Below, in pieces: positions 44,517 through 55,037 of a stretch of DNA of 64,000 bases. The stretch is from positions 87,603 through 151,602 of the forward strand of contig JAJVHU010000022.1 of assembly GCA_022072505.1 (NCBI GenBank), in the 5' to 3' direction. The DNA is from Phycisphaerae bacterium. Its GTDB lineage: Bacteria; Planctomycetota; Phycisphaerae; UBA1845. How positions within the stretch are numbered: the stretch's first letter is position 1; the number at the start of each line of letters is the position of its first letter. Position numbers and translations under genes: made by a program. Under the pieces are notes generated by a model, which saw nothing but the letters and a program-made list of their open reading frames with translations, did not search any database and was not told the origin of the DNA.

Positions 44517-46400
44517 ATGATGTCGAGTTGGATTCTTACGTTGGTGATTTTTGCGCCGCTGGCGGGAGTGGGGGCGCTGGCGCTGATGCGCGGGGAGAAC
44601 AAGCGGGCGATCGAGCGCGTGGCGCTCGGGGCGTCGCTTGCGGCGCTGGTGCTGGCGGCGGTGGCAGCGGCGCTTTTCTTTCAGGACGCGCCGAAGGGCG
44701 GATTCGGTCTGAAGGCGACGTACGCTTGGTTGGAGGGCGGAGCAGGGGGGGGAGCGCTGCCTGACGGTGGCGGGTCGGTCGGCGGCGTCGATGTGGCGTA
44801 CCGGGTCGGGGTGGACGGGATCAGCATCTGGCTGCTGCTGCTGACGGCGTTTCTGACGCCGCTGGCGATTGCGTCGAGTTTTTCGGCGATTCAGGAGCGG
44901 GTTCGGGAGTACTACATCCTGATGCTGCTGCTGGAGACGGCGATGCTCGGGGTGTTCTGCGCGCTGGATCTGCTGCTGTTCTACATCTTCTTCGAGTTCA
45001 CGCTGGTTCCTCTTTTCTTCCTGATCGGGATCTGGGGCGGGAGCGAGCGGCGACGGGCGTCGGTGAAGTTCTTCTTGTACACGCTGGCGGGGAGCATGAT
45101 CACGTTCGCCGGCGTGTTGTACACGGCGTACTACGCCTACCGGAGCGGGGCCGGGGCGTTCACGCTGAACCTTGAGGAGCTGATGCGGTTGTCGCGCGAG
45201 GGGGCGTTCCCGGCCGGGGTGCAGGGGTGGATTTTTCTGTCGTTTGCGGCGGGGTTTGCGATCAAGGTTCCGCTGTTTCCGCTGCACACGTGGCTGCCGC
45301 TGGCGCACACGGAGGCGCCGACGGCGGGCAGCGTCATTCTGGCGGGCGTGCTGCTGAAGCTGGGGACTTACGGATTCTGCCGGCTGAGCCTGCCGCTGCT
45401 GCCGGAGGCGTCGCGTGCGTTCGCCCCGGCGCTGGCGGTTCTGGCGATCGTCGGGATCATTTACACGGCGCTGGCGGCGTGGGTTCAGACGGACGTGAAG
45501 AAGCTGGTGGCGTACTCGTCGGTGTCGCACCTGGGCTTCTGCATGCTGGGGCTGTTCAGCATGAAGCTGGCGGGGATGAACGGCGCGGTGATGTACATGA
45601 TCAATCACGGGCTGTCGACGGGGGCGTTGTTCCTCGTGATCGGCTGTCTTTATGAGCGATATCACACGCGCGAGTTCGCGAAGCTGGGGGGACTGGCGCG
45701 GCGGATGCCGGTGATGGCGTTCTTCCTGATGGTGTTCACGTTGAGCAGCATCGGGCTGCCGGGGCTGAACGGCTTCATCGGGGAATTCCTGGTGCTGCTG
45801 GGGACGGCGACGTCCGGATCCACGCTGGACGGGCTGGCGCCGGGTCCGCTGGGGTTCTCGTATGCGGCGGTGGCGGCGACGGGGATCATCCTCGGGGCGG
45901 TGTACATGTTGTACATGTGCGGGCGGGTGTTGTTTGGTCCGCTGGTGGAGCCGGTTGGGGGGGGGCACGGCGGGGATGTCGAGCACGGCGGAAGCGTGGA
46001 TCACGGCGGACATGACGGCGAGGATCATCGCGGGGGGGATCTGACGCGACGGGAGGTGGCGATTCTGGCGCCGATCGCGGCGCTGTGTCTGTTGCTGGGC
46101 GTGTATCCGAAACCGATGCTGGCGTCGATCCAGGCTGCGGCGGAGGCGAACATTTTTTCGGTTGACGATCAGAAACATGCGGAAGGGGAAGCGGCGCCGA
46201 GGGGACGGCGAGCCGCGCAAGCGAATGCTGAATTCGGAATGCCGAATGCTGAATTGACTTACCGCCGTGTTGAAGATTCGCGAGAGCCTGTTGTGTTCCT
46301 GACGCCGCATTTCGCGCGTCTGCTGTCGTTGTCTGACTGCGGCGGAGACCCGCGGGTCGGAAAAGCCGCGTCGCCCGCCTCGACGGGAGGCGCTCAATGA
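44517..46400 (+). CDS. nuoM: NADH-quinone oxidoreductase subunit M with long C-terminal tail
   Basis: FFEFTLVP, IKVPLFPLHTWLP.AH.EAP, KKLVAYSSVSH. Confidence 0.97.
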   Translation: MMSSWILTLVIFAPLAGVGALALMRGENKRAIERVALGASLAALVLAAVAAALFFQDAPKGGFGLKATYAWLEGGAGGGALPDGGGSVGGVDVAYRVGVDGISIWLLLLTAFLTPLAIASSFSAIQERVREYYILMLLLETAMLGVFCALDLLLFYIFFEFTLVPLFFLIGIWGGSERRRASVKFFLYTLAGSMITFAGVLYTAYYAYRSGAGAFTLNLEELMRLSREGAFPAGVQGWIFLSFAAGFAIKVPLFPLHTWLPLAHTEAPTAGSVILAGVLLKLGTYGFCRLSLPLLPEASRAFAPALAVLAIVGIIYTALAAWVQTDVKKLVAYSSVSHLGFCMLGLFSMKLAGMNGAVMYMINHGLSTGALFLVIGCLYERYHTREFAKLGGLARRMPVMAFFLMVFTLSSIGLPGLNGFIGEFLVLLGTATSGSTLDGLAPGPLGFSYAAVAATGIILGAVYMLYMCGRVLFGPLVEPVGGGHGGDVEHGGSVDHGGHDGEDHRGGDLTRREVAILAPIAALCLLLGVYPKPMLASIQAAAEANIFSVDDQKHAEGEAAPRGRRAAQANAEFGMPNAELTYRRVEDSREPVVFLTPHFARLLSLSDCGGDPRVGKAASPASTGGAQ

Positions 46401-47947
46401 CGTTCGCGGCGCTGGGGCACATCCTGCCGGAACTGATTCTCCTGGTCGGGGCATGCGTGCTGCTGATGCTGGGCGTGACGCGCGTGGGGCGGATCCCGGG
46501 AGCGTCGGCCGGGGCGACTTGCGGCGTGTGTGCGGCGGCGCTGGCGGCGACGCTGTGGGCGGGCATCCCGGACGGGATGGCGGAACTTCCCGGGTTGTCG
46601 CTGTCGCCGATGACGTTTTACGTGCGCTGGCTGACGCTGCTGGTGGGGCTTTTGCTGATCCTGCTGAACTGGCGTCAGGCGGATCCCGCGGAGCAGGGGG
46701 AGTACCTGTCGCTGCTGTTGTTCACGATGCTGGGGGTGCTGCTGACGGCGTCGGCGTCGGACATGGTGGTGTTGTTTTTTGCGATCGAGCTGGTGAGCGT
46801 TCCGACGTACGTGCTGGTGGCGCTGAGCCGTCGGGACGCGCGAGCGTCCGAGGCGGCGGTGAAGTACTTTTTCCTTGGGGCGCTGTCGGCGGCGCTGCTC
46901 GCTTACGGACTGGGCTTCCTTTACGGGGCGGTCGGGACGACGTCGCTGGGGGCGATGGCGCGGGCGATCGGGTCGGGCGCGGAGATCGGCGGGCTGGCGT
47001 TGATCGGGCTGCTGCTGGTGTTCGGGGGGTTGTCGTTCAAGATCGCCGCGGTTCCGTTTCATGCGTATGCGGCGGACGTTTATGAGGGGGCGGCGGCGCC
47101 GGTGACGGCGCTGCTGGGATTCATACCGAAGTTCGCGGGGTTCGTGGCGTTGATCCGCGTGCTGGACGTGTTCGGGTGGGCGATGTCGCCGGGCGTGTTC
47201 TGGCTGATCTGGGGGACGGCGGCGCTGACGATGACGGCGGGGAACGTTCTGGGGCTGCTGCAGCGGAACGTGAAGCGGATGCTGGCGTACTCGAGCATTG
47301 CGCACAGCGGATACATGCTGGTGGCGCTGCTGGTGGGTCCGCGGCTGGGCGACGGACCGATGAGCAACGGCGTGACGGCGCTGCTCTTTTACATGGCGGT
47401 ATACGGCGTGATGAACCTCGGGGCGTTCGCGGCGCTGTCTTCGTTCCGTCGGGGCGAAGACGAGGTTGAGCTGGTGGAGGACTTGTCGGGTCTGGGGCGG
47501 TCGCAGCCGGGCGCGGCGCTGGCGCTGAGCGTGTGTCTTTTCAGCCTGATGGGTTTTCCGCCGACGGCGGGTTTTCTCGGGAAGGTGTACCTCTTCAGCG
47601 GGGCGTTCTCGGTGGGGGAGGATCACGCTTATGCAGGGGCGCTGACGGTTCTGGCGGTGATCGGGGTGCTGAATTCCGCGGTGGCGGCGGCGTATTACCT
47701 GCGGGTGGCGGCGGTGTGCTGGGTCAGCTCGGAGCGCGAGCGGCTGACGCCGGCGTCGGGCATGTCGGGTCGGCTGGGGCTGACGATTGCGGCGGTGGCG
47801 ATGATCGCGTTGTTTGTTTCGCCGGGCGCGCTGCTGAGCAAAGCGCACGTCGCCTCCGAGTCGCCGGGAGCGTCCCTGGAACGAAGCGCGACGGGCCGTG
47901 CGGCAGTGGACGGAGGCGACCTTCTTCGCGTGGCGGATGAACGCTGA
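46397..47947 (+). CDS. nuoN: NADH-quinone oxidoreductase subunit N
   Basis: EAAVKYF, FKIAAVPFH.Y.AD.YEG, KRMLAYSSIAH. Confidence 0.97.
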   Translation: MTFAALGHILPELILLVGACVLLMLGVTRVGRIPGASAGATCGVCAAALAATLWAGIPDGMAELPGLSLSPMTFYVRWLTLLVGLLLILLNWRQADPAEQGEYLSLLLFTMLGVLLTASASDMVVLFFAIELVSVPTYVLVALSRRDARASEAAVKYFFLGALSAALLAYGLGFLYGAVGTTSLGAMARAIGSGAEIGGLALIGLLLVFGGLSFKIAAVPFHAYAADVYEGAAAPVTALLGFIPKFAGFVALIRVLDVFGWAMSPGVFWLIWGTAALTMTAGNVLGLLQRNVKRMLAYSSIAHSGYMLVALLVGPRLGDGPMSNGVTALLFYMAVYGVMNLGAFAALSSFRRGEDEVELVEDLSGLGRSQPGAALALSVCLFSLMGFPPTAGFLGKVYLFSGAFSVGEDHAYAGALTVLAVIGVLNSAVAAAYYLRVAAVCWVSSERERLTPASGMSGRLGLTIAAVAMIALFVSPGALLSKAHVASESPGASLERSATGRAAVDGGDLLRVADER

Positions 47948-48635
47948 TTCCGCAACGGTGATGCGCCTGACGCGCGAGCAGGTCCGGCGGGTGGACCGGC
48001 TGGCGATCGTGAAGTACCAGATGAGCGGGCTGGTGCTGATGGAGAACGCCGGTCGCGGGGCGGCGGAGGTGATCCGTCGGGAATGCGCGGAGGCGCGGTC
48101 GGCGACGATCCTCTGCGGGGTGGGCAACAACGGCGGCGACGGGCTGGTGATCGCGCGGCACCTGCACAACGCGGGGTGGGCGGTTCGCCTGCTGGTGGCG
48201 GGTGAACCGTCCGGCATGACGCCGGATACGGCCTCGAATTTCCGCATCACGACGGAGATGGGCCTGCCTTGCCTGGCGTCAACGGACTGGCAGGAGTGTT
48301 TCACGTATCTTCAGGCCGGGCGCGGGGGCGAGGTGCTCGTTGATGCGATTCTGGGCACGGGATTCACGGGGCACGTGCGGTCGCCGCTGGATCGGTTGAT
48401 TCAGACGCTGGTGATGGTGCGTCCTCGGACGGTGGCGGCGATCGACGTGCCGTCGGGCCTGGACGTGGATACGGGTTTCCGGTCGAACGCGACGGTGAAG
48501 GCGGACCTCACGGTGACGTTCGTGTCGGAGAAGGTCGGGTTCGTCACCGGTGAAGCGCCGCTTTTTCTCGGGCGCGTATTCGTCGTGGATATCGGCGCGC
48601 CGAAAGAGCTGGTTGCGGAGGTGCTGGCGGGATGA
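47937..48635 (+). CDS. nnrE: NAD(P)H-hydrate epimerase (YjeF N-terminal)
   Basis: LMENAG, GVGNNGGDG, VDAILGTG, IDVPSG. Confidence 0.9.
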   Translation: MNADSATVMRLTREQVRRVDRLAIVKYQMSGLVLMENAGRGAAEVIRRECAEARSATILCGVGNNGGDGLVIARHLHNAGWAVRLLVAGEPSGMTPDTASNFRITTEMGLPCLASTDWQECFTYLQAGRGGEVLVDAILGTGFTGHVRSPLDRLIQTLVMVRPRTVAAIDVPSGLDVDTGFRSNATVKADLTVTFVSEKVGFVTGEAPLFLGRVFVVDIGAPKELVAEVLAG

Positions 48636-48665
48636 GCCCCGGGCGCGCGGTCCTCCGGGGCAGGG

Positions 48666-49406
48666 TCAGGCGAGGACGGGTTCCGCGGTCAGATACGGTT
48701 CGAGGTCGCGGGCGGGCGCGGATTTGAAGACCGGTCGGGCCGGAACGCCGACGACGGTGGTCATCGGGTCGACGTCGCGGATGACGACGGCTCCGGCGCC
48801 GATGACGGCTTCACAGCCGACGCGGAGGTTCTGAATGACGGTGGCGCCGATGCCGACGAAGGCGCCGGACTCGATGATGACGCGGCCGGCGATGCGGGCG
48901 CCGGGGCAGACGTGGGTTGCGGTTCCGATCATCGACTCGTGATCGACGATGCACCCGGTGTTGAGGATCGTCGAGTCTCCGATCTGGACGTGGCAGCACA
49001 CGTGAACCCCGGCGGCGATGACGACGTTGCGTCCGAGAGAGGCGTTGCGGGCGACGTTGGCGGAGGGGTGGACGGCGTTGAGGAGCGTGAACCCCGTCGC
49101 TTCGAGGCGTGAGGCGAAGTCGCGGCGGACGCCGTTGTTTCCGATGGCGACGACGGCGTGGCGGATCCCGCTTCGGTCGCGGATCGCCGGCAGGTCGTCG
49201 GGACCGCCGAGCACGGGCTTGCCGTCGATGCGGGTTCCTCGGAGCTGGGGGTTGGAGTCGACGAAGCCGATGACGTTGCAGGTCCGGGTGTTCTCAAGGA
49301 TGTCAAGGACGACGCGGCCGTGTCCGCCCGCGCCGACGATGACGCAGGAGGGGCGTCGGGAGTTTGCGGCGGCGGACTGAAGCGCGTTGTCCATCATCCG
49401 AGTCAT
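48666..49406 (-). CDS. NeuD/PglD-family sugar acetyltransferase
   Basis: GAGGHGRVV, VAIGNN, hexapeptide repeats, VVGVPAR. Confidence 0.88.
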   Translation of the reverse strand: MTRMMDNALQSAAANSRRPSCVIVGAGGHGRVVLDILENTRTCNVIGFVDSNPQLRGTRIDGKPVLGGPDDLPAIRDRSGIRHAVVAIGNNGVRRDFASRLEATGFTLLNAVHPSANVARNASLGRNVVIAAGVHVCCHVQIGDSTILNTGCIVDHESMIGTATHVCPGARIAGRVIIESGAFVGIGATVIQNLRVGCEAVIGAGAVVIRDVDPMTTVVGVPARPVFKSAPARDLEPYLTAEPVLA

Positions 49407-49538
49407 CCGAGTCGAGGTCGGCGTTCGCGGAGGCGTCGCGGCGAGCCGGCAACCCGATCAGGGGCATATCGGATACAATCCCGGACAGGCTGAACGTTCC
49501 GGCGGAAACGACATGATTTCGAGTCGAACGAGCGGATC

Positions 49539-50399
49539 ATGAGCGGCGTGAAGCAGGATCAGCAGGGGGGGGCCGCGCCGAATCTGCCGGAGAGTTCCGC
49601 TGCGGCGGGGAAGAGCACGGACGGTCGGTCGAGGGCGTTCTTTTCCGCGCCGCTGGTGATCACCCTGGTGCTGCTGGGGGGCGGCGCGCTGGTGCAGGGG
49701 CCTCTCGAACGTTGGCTGAAGGTCGTGACGCACAAGGAGGCGGTTCCGCTGCGTGCGGCGCTGGGTTCATTGAACCGCGACGCGCTGGGCCCGTACCGTT
49801 TCGTCCGGGCGGAGTTCCTGACGCCGGAGTACGTTGAGGCGCTGGGGACGGATCAGTACCTGATCTGGACGCTGGAGGACGCGCGGGAGGCGCCCGACAG
49901 TCCGCGGCGTCAGGCCCACCTTTTCGTCACGTATTACACGGGCGGGCCGGAGTTGGTCGTGCATCGGCCTGACGAGTGCTTCCGGGCAAGCGGTTACACG
50001 CTGACGGAGTTCCGTCGGGATGAACGCATTCGGATCGACCCCTTCGGCGGCGGGGGCGGCGTCGACGAGGTTCCGTTCCGGGTCGTGACGTTTCGGAAGA
50101 CGGGGCTGTTTCAGCAGGCGGAGTTGTCGGTCGCATATACGCTGTATTGCAACGGGCGTTTCACGGTGAGTCCGACGGAGGTCCGGATGTGGACGACGTC
50201 TCCGGCGACGCGATCCGCGTATTTCAGCAAGGTGGAAGTGTGTTTCCTTCCGCCGCCGGGGGGGTCGGGCCCGGGGCGTCCGGCGACGGCCGACGAGACG
50301 CTGCGCGGAACGGGGGAATTGATGCGTTACGTTCTTCCGCTTTTAATGAACGACATCTGGCCGAACGTTGCGGCGTCCGGCGCGGTTCCGTCTCCGTAA
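49539..50399 (+). CDS. EpsI-like exosortase-associated protein
   Basis: N-terminal TM; VHRPDECFRASGY motif. Confidence 0.65.
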   Translation: MSGVKQDQQGGAAPNLPESSAAAGKSTDGRSRAFFSAPLVITLVLLGGGALVQGPLERWLKVVTHKEAVPLRAALGSLNRDALGPYRFVRAEFLTPEYVEALGTDQYLIWTLEDAREAPDSPRRQAHLFVTYYTGGPELVVHRPDECFRASGYTLTEFRRDERIRIDPFGGGGGVDEVPFRVVTFRKTGLFQQAELSVAYTLYCNGRFTVSPTEVRMWTTSPATRSAYFSKVEVCFLPPPGGSGPGRPATADETLRGTGELMRYVLPLLMNDIWPNVAASGAVPSP

Positions 50400-50480
50400 G
50401 GGCGCGGCGCCCGAGCGCGCCCCGTCGGCGTGAAGCCGCCGATCCAGGGCGCGATGCCGAAGGCCGGCGGCAGTGAATAC

Positions 50481-53400
50481 ATGGCGCGCAGAATCAATAA
50501 ACCGCTGATCGGGGGTTTGACGGTGCTTTCGGCGCTGGCGGCGATCGCCGCGGCGACGGCGATGATCGTTCGTCTGAGACCCGAGGATCCCCGGCCTTTC
50601 ATTGAGTTGGCGGAACGTCACGCGGAACGGGGGGACTACCGCCGCGCGGCCGGCATGTACGGGCGCGCGGCGTTGATCAACCGGGACGCGAAGAACCTGG
50701 CGCTGGCGGGTCAGATGTGGGTGCTGGACGGGAACCTCGAGATGGCCCGCGCCACGTGGGAGGCGGGCAAGACGCTGGATCCGGCGTCGCCCGGGCCGCG
50801 CGAAGCAAGCCTGCGGTTCCTGCTGGATTTCTGCGACGTGACGAGGGCGCTGTCGGGGTGGCAGGCGGTGGATCGGGAGGCGAGAGAGCTGCTGGCGCTG
50901 TCGCCGGCGCACGCGGGAGCGCTTCATGCCTCGGCGCTGGCGGCGCGGGAGCTGCCGACGCGAGCCGGGTCGGCGGAAGAGATCCTCGAGGGACTGCGTC
51001 GAGCGGCCGAACTGGACCCGACGAACGTGCGCTTCACGCTGGACTACGCGGGAGAGCTTGAACGTCGCGGGCACGGGGTTCAGGCGGAAACCGTGCTTCG
51101 GGAGGCATGCGCGCGGATCGGCGAGCCTGCGTTCGATGTTGTGAAACTGTGGTGCGGGCTGGGGATGCTGCTGGGGCGTGCGGATCGGCTGGAGGAGGCG
51201 AAGGAAGCGTTTGAGCAGGCGCTATCGCACAGCGGCGCCGAGTCGAAGGCTCGATCGTGGGCGCTTCTTCATCAGGCGCGATATGAGTTAAGCGCCGCCG
51301 CGCGGGGGCGCCTCGACGAGGGCGCGGAATCCTCGAAGGCCAGAGACGCGGAGTCGGCGGCGCTGAGCGCGCTTGAGGAAGCGGTCCGCCTCGACCCGGA
51401 GGATTATGACGCGTTCATTGAGTTGGGGAGGTTGTACCTGAGGCTGGGGCGGTTTGAGGATGCGCTGCGCCTCGCGGAGCCTCGGCTGGCGCCGGGCGGA
51501 ACCCCGACGGGACTGGCGCGATATCGAGCGCGGGCCCGGGTTTACGAGTCCGCGCTTCTTGCGGCGGAGGCGTGCATCCGCGGGGGGACGCAGCCGGACC
51601 TTTCCGCGGCGGTCCGCGACGGCTGGATCACACGGGCGCTGGGATTCGTGGACCGTGCGCAGGTGGAGTGGGAGGACGGTCCGCGGGGACACCTGCTGGA
51701 AGGGGAGATCCGTCTGCTTCAGGGCCGGGTGCGCGACGCGCTGTCGAGCCTTGCAAAGGCGGACGTCCGTTTTGCGCAGACGGGACGGGTGGACTGGAAG
51801 GTGAAGACGCTGCTCGCGCGGCTGCACCTGGAAGTGAACGAGCCCGGAACGGCGCTTCAGGTGCTCAGCGCGGTGCGGGATCAGGCGCGGAAGGAGAATC
51901 CGTCGGATCCGGTGTTCTGGACGTTGTATGCGGAAGCGCTGGTCCGGAATCAACGTGCGGAGGAAGGCCTGGAGGTTGCGGAATCGGTGCTCAAGGGGAC
52001 ACCGGATCATGAACCGGCGATGCGCGTGAAGCTGGCCGCGCTGACGATGTTGAACCGGGCGCCGGAGGCGGAGCCTCTTGCGCGGGAGCTGGATGAGTCG
52101 GGTGCGACGGCGGCGCTGCTGCGGGCTCGATCGTTGATAGGCGAGGAGCAACATGCGGCGGCGTACGATGTGTTGGCGGCGTATCTTGACGGCGATCCCG
52201 GTCGGATCGTGATCTTGCGGGAAGCGGTGTTTCTGGCGGCGCGGGCAGGGCGCGAAGACGACGTCCGCCGGCGGGTGGCGTCCGCGGCTGCGGCGAAGGC
52301 GGAGGAGACGGAGCTTCGCCGGCTGTCGATCATCCTCGATCCGTTGCTGACGGATGCACAGCGGTCGGAGGCGATGCTGAAGCTGATTGAGGAGGATCCG
52401 GACCCGCTGTCTCGTGCGCTGCGGAAAGTGAGCTTTCATGCGGCGCGTCAGGAGGATGAGCGGGTGCTGGCTTCGGTGAAGGACGCCTCCGAGGCGCTTC
52501 TGGCGCGAGGGCCGGATCTGGCGGAGGCGGATCGGCGGACGATCCTTGAGGTTCTGAAGCGGCGCGAGATGTACGCCGCCGCGCGGCTGAAGGACTGGGC
52601 GAGGGCTGAGGGCGCCGTGGAGGCGGCGGCGCGGGAGAGTCTTGATGACGCGGGAGGCGCGATCTTCAAGGGGGAGTTGCGGATCCTGAAGGAGGACTTC
52701 GCCGCAGCGGCGAGCGTGCTTCAGGAGGCGATCGCCCGTCACCCGAACCACGCCTACGCGCTGACGCTGCTGGGAGCAAGTTGCTTTGAGTCAGGTCGTC
52801 TGGCGGAGGCGAAGGCTTTTTTCCAGCGAGCGGTGGAAGCGAGCCCCAGGTATGCGCCGGCGCAGCGCGGTCTGGCGCTGGCGGCGGACCGGCTTGACGA
52901 CCGGGGGGTCTACGAAAAAGCGTTGGATGCGTGCGCTCAACTGATTCCGGGCGATCCGTGGGTGGCGGAACAACTGTTGCTGCGGGCGGAATCGCGCGAG
53001 CCTCAGCAGGCGCTGGAGCGGCGGCTGAAGATCCGCGAAGCGGATCCCGGGAACGTGCGCAACCTGCTTCAGCTTGCCCGCCTTTGTCAGCGTTTGCAGC
53101 GCATTGACGAGGCGGACCGGTACTTCGAGGAAGCGCTGGGCATCGCCCCGGGCGATCAGGAGGTGGTCTTCAAGACCGCGGATCATCGCCTTCAGACGGG
53201 TCGTGCCGACGAGGGAGAGCGCGTCATCCGTGCGTTCGTTGATGCTCAGGAATCCGCCGCCGACCGGGCGAATGCGAGGCTGACGCTCTCGGCGTTTTAT
53301 CTGCGCGCGGGGCGCCTGGCGGACGTGGAGCGGGTGATGCTCGAGGCGTCGAGGCTGGCGGAGACCTTCGAGGTCTGCCTGAGTCTCGGTGATTTTTACT

Positions 53401-55031
53401 ACCAGCAGCGGACGTCGCCGGACGAGGCGGCGGCGTGGTTTGAGAAGGCGCAACGGATCGCGAAGGAGGGGAACAACGCGCGGTGGATCGAGGCGCTGGT
53501 GCGGCGGCTGACGTGCGCGCTGGACACTTCCGTGCATGACCTCAGCGGGGCGGAGTCGCTGCTGGAAGAGGCTCGGGCGGCGTACCCGGACCTTCCGGAG
53601 TGGTTGTACTGGTCGGCGACGATCGCGGGTCTTAAGGGTCGGCCGGACGAGGCGGTGTCGCTTCTGAACCAGTACCTTCAGGCTCGTCCGGATGACGCGG
53701 CGGGTCTTTATGCGCGGGCTCAGCACCAGATGATGCAGGGGCAGTGGTCGGCGGCGATCGCCGACCTGGAGCAGATCAAGGTCCGGAACCCGTCTGCGCT
53801 GGATCTGCGTCCGCGGATCCAACTGGCGTTCGCGCATGAGAGCGCGGGGCGTTCGGAGTCGGCGGTTCGGGAGCTGGAGGCGCTGGTGTCCGAGTTTCCG
53901 AACTCGTCCGAGGCGGCGCGGGAGCTGATGTTCGCGTATCTTCGGGGGAACCGGGTCGCCGACGCCCTGAGGATCGCGACGCAACAGGTGAACCGCGCTC
54001 AGGATGCGCGGGCGGTCCCGTGGCTGCGCTATCGCGCGGAGCTGCACCGGCGGTCGCGGGACGAGTCGGCGGCGCTGGCGGACGAACTGCGGGTGTCGCA
54101 ATTGCAGGGGCACCGGCCGGAGGACGTTTCGCGCGTGCTCGCCACGTATCTGCGGCTGCGGCGCGCGGCGGACGCGGTGAGCTTCTTCGAGACGGCGGCG
54201 TCCGACCGTCCGATGACGAGTCCGGTTCTGGTGCTTTATGCGCAAGCGCTGGATGCGGCGGGGCGGCGCGATGACGGACATCGCATTTTCGCGCAGGCGC
54301 TGACGCAGGCGCTGGAGGAGTCGTTTGCTTCGGCGATGCGCGTCATGCGCGCAGCCGCGCAAGCCTACGCTTCGGACGATCGCCGCAGCGCGTTCTTTGC
54401 GGCGCTGGCGGAGTCGAGCGCGTCGGCGACGGTTCGCGCGTTGTTTGAGTGCGCCTTGACGGAGGGGTCGGGAGACTGGCAGGGGGCGGTCAGGAGGCTG
54501 GCGGAGCTGATTTCGACGACGGAGGGCGCGGCGCAGCGGGCGACTCTGCGGCGGATTCTCGCAATGACGCATCATGCGCATGACGATGCGGCGGGGGCGA
54601 TTCCGGTTTACGAGACGATCGTGGCCGAGGATCCGCGCGACGTGGTGTCGCTCAACAATCTGGCGAACCTGCTGGCGGCGGACGACGCGAGGCTGGCTCG
54701 TGCAGAAGAGGTTGCGAGACAGGCGGTTTCGGCGGCGTCGGGCGGGGAATTTCGCGCGGATGCGCAGGACACGCTGGGGTGGATTCTCTCCCGCCGGGGG
54801 CGTTACCCCGAGGCGATCGCCGCGCTGAATCTGGCGCTGCGGTTGAAGCCCGACGACGCGACGTTCCGGTTTCACCTCGGGGAGACTTACCGCCGCGCGG
54901 GTCAGTTCGAGCTTGCCGTGGCGATGCTGAATGCGTCGGCGAAGGATGCGGAACGCTCCGGGGACGCGGACGTCGCGGGTCACGCGAGAGCGTCCGCCGC
55001 CCGGGCTGCGGAACGAGACGCCGCTCCCTGA
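50481..55031 (+). CDS. Large membrane-anchored TPR protein (PrsT-like)
   Basis: About 1500 aa of TPR-like helices; SLNNLA..L, DTLGWIL...G, FHLGE at C-terminus. Confidence 0.8.
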   Translation: MARRINKPLIGGLTVLSALAAIAAATAMIVRLRPEDPRPFIELAERHAERGDYRRAAGMYGRAALINRDAKNLALAGQMWVLDGNLEMARATWEAGKTLDPASPGPREASLRFLLDFCDVTRALSGWQAVDREARELLALSPAHAGALHASALAARELPTRAGSAEEILEGLRRAAELDPTNVRFTLDYAGELERRGHGVQAETVLREACARIGEPAFDVVKLWCGLGMLLGRADRLEEAKEAFEQALSHSGAESKARSWALLHQARYELSAAARGRLDEGAESSKARDAESAALSALEEAVRLDPEDYDAFIELGRLYLRLGRFEDALRLAEPRLAPGGTPTGLARYRARARVYESALLAAEACIRGGTQPDLSAAVRDGWITRALGFVDRAQVEWEDGPRGHLLEGEIRLLQGRVRDALSSLAKADVRFAQTGRVDWKVKTLLARLHLEVNEPGTALQVLSAVRDQARKENPSDPVFWTLYAEALVRNQRAEEGLEVAESVLKGTPDHEPAMRVKLAALTMLNRAPEAEPLARELDESGATAALLRARSLIGEEQHAAAYDVLAAYLDGDPGRIVILREAVFLAARAGREDDVRRRVASAAAAKAEETELRRLSIILDPLLTDAQRSEAMLKLIEEDPDPLSRALRKVSFHAARQEDERVLASVKDASEALLARGPDLAEADRRTILEVLKRREMYAAARLKDWARAEGAVEAAARESLDDAGGAIFKGELRILKEDFAAAASVLQEAIARHPNHAYALTLLGASCFESGRLAEAKAFFQRAVEASPRYAPAQRGLALAADRLDDRGVYEKALDACAQLIPGDPWVAEQLLLRAESREPQQALERRLKIREADPGNVRNLLQLARLCQRLQRIDEADRYFEEALGIAPGDQEVVFKTADHRLQTGRADEGERVIRAFVDAQESAADRANARLTLSAFYLRAGRLADVERVMLEASRLAETFEVCLSLGDFYYQQRTSPDEAAAWFEKAQRIAKEGNNARWIEALVRRLTCALDTSVHDLSGAESLLEEARAAYPDLPEWLYWSATIAGLKGRPDEAVSLLNQYLQARPDDAAGLYARAQHQMMQGQWSAAIADLEQIKVRNPSALDLRPRIQLAFAHESAGRSESAVRELEALVSEFPNSSEAARELMFAYLRGNRVADALRIATQQVNRAQDARAVPWLRYRAELHRRSRDESAALADELRVSQLQGHRPEDVSRVLATYLRLRRAADAVSFFETAASDRPMTSPVLVLYAQALDAAGRRDDGHRIFAQALTQALEESFASAMRVMRAAAQAYASDDRRSAFFAALAESSASATVRALFECALTEGSGDWQGAVRRLAELISTTEGAAQRATLRRILAMTHHAHDDAAGAIPVYETIVAEDPRDVVSLNNLANLLAADDARLARAEEVARQAVSAASGGEFRADAQDTLGWILSRRGRYPEAIAALNLALRLKPDDATFRFHLGETYRRAGQFELAVAMLNASAKDAERSGDADVAGHARASAARAAERDAAP

Positions 55032-55037
55032 CGGACC

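Noticed and set aside
7973-54983. Long antisense or alternative-frame ORFs (e.g. 7973-9535, 12215-14464, 17015-18904, 42204-44135, 44505-46454, 52791-54983)
   Set aside because: Shadows of high-GC genes; Arg/Pro/His-rich with no motifs, fully overlapping well-supported CDSs.
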